A DNA stretch of 64,000 nt from Klebsormidium nitens. Lineage: Eukaryota > Plantae > Klebsormidiophyceae. Location of the stretch: assembly GCA_000708835.1 (NCBI GenBank), contig DF237013.1, positions 129,071-193,070 of the forward strand, given 5' to 3'. Shown in pieces: positions 59,654 to 64,000 of this stretch. How positions within the stretch are numbered: the first letter of the stretch is position 1; the number at the start of each line of letters is the position of its first letter. The position numbers were made by a program, and so were the translations under genes. The notes under the pieces are model-generated. The model saw only the letters and a list, made by a program, of their open reading frames with translations, was not told the origin of the DNA and searched no databases.

Positions 59654-62600
59654 TCAATTCGATTCAACATGGGGGGGTGAGAAGTCAGGCTGCCCGGTTG
59701 ACGTCAGGCAACGGTGCCACATGCGGCTGTCGGGATCAACGTTGCGCGCCTCGCGAATGACCTCAGGGATCGGCAGGAGGCAATAGTGGGTGTTTACGAG
59801 CCCAACGGTGACACCGGTGTAGCCCCCAAACGCGGCGTGGACCTGCAGAAAAGTGTGTTGTCAGAAGCCGGAGTCTTCAAGAAGGTAGAGGCACGACAAT
59901 CCCGAGGTCGCCTAGTATTTTGGTGCAAAAGCCCAGCGTCTCCGCAATCGGGGGCGCGCTCGTGACTTGCCCCTAGTAGTAACATGTGACATATACAATC
60001 CACAAACCCCCGAGCACCTCTGCCCTTCCCGCGCCTCACTCATAGCAGCCCAATGCTTTTGACGGGCACGGGCTTCTGAGAAGAGGTTATGTATCTTTGA
60101 AACCAAGCTCACTCCAAGGATGCTGTGTGGAGCAAGCTACCTTCTACGCATACGAATTGAGGGCTTTCGAGTTGCCGGCCGATGTCCAACCAAGCCCTGC
60201 AGGCTGCGTTCGCGGCAACTACTGTAGTACGGTGCTTTCGATCCCGAAGAACAGTTCTCCGACATGAGAACGGCTGCCAAGGCAGAATTACGACTGAATA
60301 ATTTCTTGCTGTACAGTTCGAACATAAACCAAGTAAACCGAGTTGCAAGTCCTGTGTACCGCCAGTACGTTGATTGCTTCTGCTGAACTGACAATCGTGG
60401 TGCAGATTTAACACTCTGCGTGCACATGAGCAGTCGCTCAATTGAGAACCTCCTTTACAGTCGTTCAAGAAAAAAAAACCCACGAACCAGATGCTCAGAA
60501 AAGGGGTGCAAAGCAAAACCGAGGAGCCACGCCATCGCACGCCCCAATTTCGAAAGAATGACTGGAGCTTAGGTACTGGCGCACGCACCGCATTCTGGCC
60601 CAGCACGCTGCAGAGGATGCCGTCCGAGGCGTTGGCGGGCGTGGCGCGGATCATGTATGTGGGGTCGATGTACTTGAACTCAGCCGGGAAGCCGACCTCC
60701 TTGAAGTGCTTCTTCGCCTGGAGGCACAAAGGTGAACCGTTTGGTAGAGCTTATCGTCTTGATCGTTAACTTGGTACTAATCCAAGCCTACCTTACTAGT
60801 TTGGAAGAAGCGGAGCAGTAAGTAAGGGCAAGACGAACGGACAAATCTTCGAGAACTTTGGGGCAGACTTTGGGATAGAAGGTGGGTCAGATTGTCAAAC
60901 CTGGGAGATCGAAGGATACCAATCACCATAACGTCACCACGACACCGCACGCTATCACGAATCATTTCCCAATATTCGCGAGGATGGGGTTGCCCGACGC
61001 GTCAGTGCCTCCCTCCCTAGCCGTCAAATCTCAAAGACTTCAAGCGCAAGCCCCAAACCTTCCGTGACGTCAGCACGAACCCACACCTGCTTGACGAACC
61101 ACTGGCCACTGTGCGCCAGGATCGAATTGCCCGACGCGTCGGTGCCCCCCTATCCGCCACCAAATCGCAATCATCACAAACCTGGACCCCAAACCTTCTA
61201 TGACATCAGCACGATCCCGCACCTGCTTGACGAACCACTGCCCAATATCTGCGAGGATTGGGTTGCCCGACGCGTCGGTGCCCCCCTCCCCCGCCACCAG
61301 GTCCTGCCCGGCCCCCTCCGCAATCACCACCAGGCAGTGGCCCTTGCGGTTGATCACCGTCTTCATGTGCTCATAAACGCCGTTGGGGCCGTCCAGGCTG
61401 AAATGCACCTGCAGGATCAGGGTGGCTGACGTCAGCACTCGCCCCTGGTGACGTCAAGCAAGTGAACAGCGCGCCTGCTCGAAGGAGCGATCTGCTCGGG
61501 TCAGCAGCCGTCGGCAGTGGAGTCAGGTAAATGAGCGAGGATTAGTACAGGCCGCTAGGGTTTTCCAAGCGGAAGTATCAGTTTGCGGGGGGCTTTGCTC
61601 ACGTCGACAACGGTTTAAAGTGGCTTGATGCAAGCAAGAGAAAGTGAAACCTGCTGTTTGAGACCTCTCCGGAACGCAATTGCTGAAGGATGATCCTGAG
61701 GTGTGCTGCGCTCTGCAAGGATATTACAAAAGTGAGCGGGTATGAGCGAGCGCTGGTGCCAAAAGTACCTGGAAAGGGCGATGCTGACGTTGAAAGCGGC
61801 CTGTAATGACTTCAGAACGCTTGCTTAGCACTTGTGATGCAGAACGAGCGCAAAGGGTAAAAAGGACAAGCAAGGGTGTGTCTGCAAGGTCCAAGAGCCG
61901 GTTGCCTTTGTTTATGCATGGAGCAACGGAAAATGATCTGATTATTTGAAGGGTTCTATGCAGCTGCGAGAAGACAACGGGATTGAGGGGGGTATAATGC
62001 ATGGATGACCACTGCTTTCGCAGAGAACTTGATAAAAGATTGACGAGGTGTACACAAACAAAAAGCCAGATGAAGACGAAACAAACGAAAGGAAGTCATG
62101 TCTGTCCAGCCCAAAACGGAGAGAAAACAGGAGTCAGGTGCTGACCTCAGGGATCAAGCAGCAGTCGACTTGACCGCTGGCCAGGCTGGCGTACATTGCA
62201 ATGAAACCTGACTGCCTGCCCATGAGCTTCACAACTCCGACGCCGTGGTAAGCCGACGCGGCTTCGATGTACGCGGCTTTGATGGCCCTCTGTACGAACC
62301 AGAACGCGACACGTGTCAGAGGAAAAGCAGGAGCACTTTGGAGACGGCGAGCTGCGAACGTGCACGTGAAGGTTCTCGACAGTGCTCTGATCAAAAAGCG
62401 AGACGATCACGACATGCAATGACCACTTTTAGAAGACTCAACTGCGACCCTCGGATGTTTCGCCGTTGAAAGGATGGAGACAGCCGAGCAAGGGTGAAAG
62501 CATCTGAGACTGTTTTACTTAGAATGTTGAAGAGCTCTGTGCAAATCGAAGCCCGGAAGTCGTCAATTTTACGGCAATTTTACGGCAGGTATGGAAGGAC

Positions 62601-63687
62601 CGCTGACCTGTGCCTCCTCGACCGCTGTGTCGAACCCGAAGGTTTTGTCCATCAGCAGAATGTCGTTGTCGATCGTCTTGGGCTGCAACAGAGGGACAGG
62701 AGTACGTCCGGTTTCAGGATTTCGAGCTCGAGGGTCACGTCGGGTTGGCGCAGCATCAAGCATGCAACACGATTTGAACAGCAAAGCCGTCGTTTCAAAC
62801 TTTATTTCTGTGTGCGCAAACAGGTCTGGGAAGGTGGCTCTCTGGGAGGATTGTATCAAGCGCACTGACGTTGGACACAGCAAGACGCGCAGTCCTGTCT
62901 TCATGGGCTTGCTGTGAAACTACAATGAGCTAACTCCTGGCTATGATTAGGTGGCAAGGCAGGAGGACGGGCCATGACCTTTATCCGGCTCTTCTTAGTC
63001 CAAGTCAAGAGACTCGAAGGCTGTAAAGCATTGGCCGGACGCAAGCTCACCACTCCGACAACCGCGACCTTGAGCTTGCGCTTGAAGCACTCCTGGTGGA
63101 TCGCCATTGCCCCGGCGTGCGACCCGTTGCCACCAATAACGAACAGCATGTTTGTGCCGCGCTTCTGTACGGTGAGGAATGGACACCGGTTACGGGCTCA
63201 ACACAGGGATCCAAGTCGGGTCTTACTGACAGTGTCAACAACTTGCCGCGCTTCAGAAGGGGGGGATTGGTCCCCGGAAGGATGCAAAACGGGTGTTCGA
63301 TGATGATGTCAACAAATAACGAAGGGGTTGCTTTCGAGTAATTGTGTCGAGCACTTGTCGCAGTGCGCCCCTGCTGTGTGGGAGGAGACTTAAGGGGACA
63401 GAAGCGCCTTCCGTGGTTGTAGGGAGGATTCAATCAACCGACAACTCTTTCCACCAACCAAAAGCTTCCGTTTGAGAGAAAGCACAAGTCGTACAGAAAC
63501 AGACCACCTATTGGACGTTGTGGAAAAAGCAACAACCGACTGCCAAAGCGTCTGCTTAAACATGAATCAATTGCAATCTGCTTACCTCGATGTTATCCAC
63601 AATCTCAGACGTCTTGCTGTTTCCACGGGACGACCCCAGAATGCTGCCGCCCATCAGGTGGATTGTCGCCACCGATTGAGGGGTCAA
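59654..63687 (-). CDS. PFK5: ATP-dependent 6-phosphofructokinase, plant group B (PFK5-like); 3' seven exons, 5' part outside the window
   Basis: Exons 63687-63586, 63164-63051, 62682-62608, 62289-62146, 61408-61223, 60717-60589, 59842-59654. Motifs [110 protein letters not shown]. Confidence 0.94.
60940..61290 (-). repeat. Three 136-bp units copying the end of a PFK exon plus its 5' splice site
   Basis: On the + strand, CACCTGCTTGACGAACCACTG.CCA....GCG..AGGAT.G..TTGCCCGACGCGTC.GTGCC recurs with donor-equivalent positions 61223 (authentic), 61087 and 60951. Confidence 0.9.
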
Positions 63688-64000
63688 CTGCAAGGAGGCA
63701 CGTGGCAAGATGTAAACGACGGCTTCTCTGTGTGATCCACACTGCAAGCTTTCAATGTGTATCCAGATTCTCGTGATTTCAAACCCTTGCCACGAAGCCC
63801 AGAAAGTAGACGCGTCAGACTGCGACGCACCGACTCCCCAAAGAAGTCCTCAGCGAGCACTGTGACTTGTACGTGTTTGAATCCGAGTGATTCCGGCGGT
63901 CATGCTCGATGAGACCAAGAATGCAAGCCTTTGATGGCAGGGAAGCCGTAGGGATCGAAGCAGCGATTGGACGAGCTGATGGGGTTTGAAAAAACCTGCT

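Overview
Gene-dense, intron-rich eukaryotic DNA. The protein sequences are land-plant-like and most introns are 0.2-2 kb, which fits a streptophyte (charophyte) alga such as Klebsormidium; the organism is an inference. Ten protein-coding genes were reconstructed by hand by joining ORF fragments at splice sites with consistent phases. They alternate strand strictly (+ - + - + - + - + -): last exon of an unidentified gene; PP2A B55 regulatory subunit; C-x4-C-x10-C-x2-H(GGG) repeat (WRKY19-like) protein with a 1-nt frameshift; glycine cleavage H protein; RPL15; SF3B5 (one GC-AG intron); XCT/FAM50; EFR3/SRL2-like ARM protein; a 1331-aa putatively plastid-targeted coiled-coil protein; and the 3' part of a PFK5-like phosphofructokinase. 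Two MITE-like elements and a 225-N assembly gap are also present. The most striking unexplained structure is seven intronic tandem arrays (units about 100-210 bp) that each copy an exon-intron junction, including the splice site, one to five extra times ('splice-junction echoes'). A second pattern is CATG/TGCA/TATA-rich islands in every convergent intergenic spacer. No tRNA, rRNA or CRISPR was recognised.
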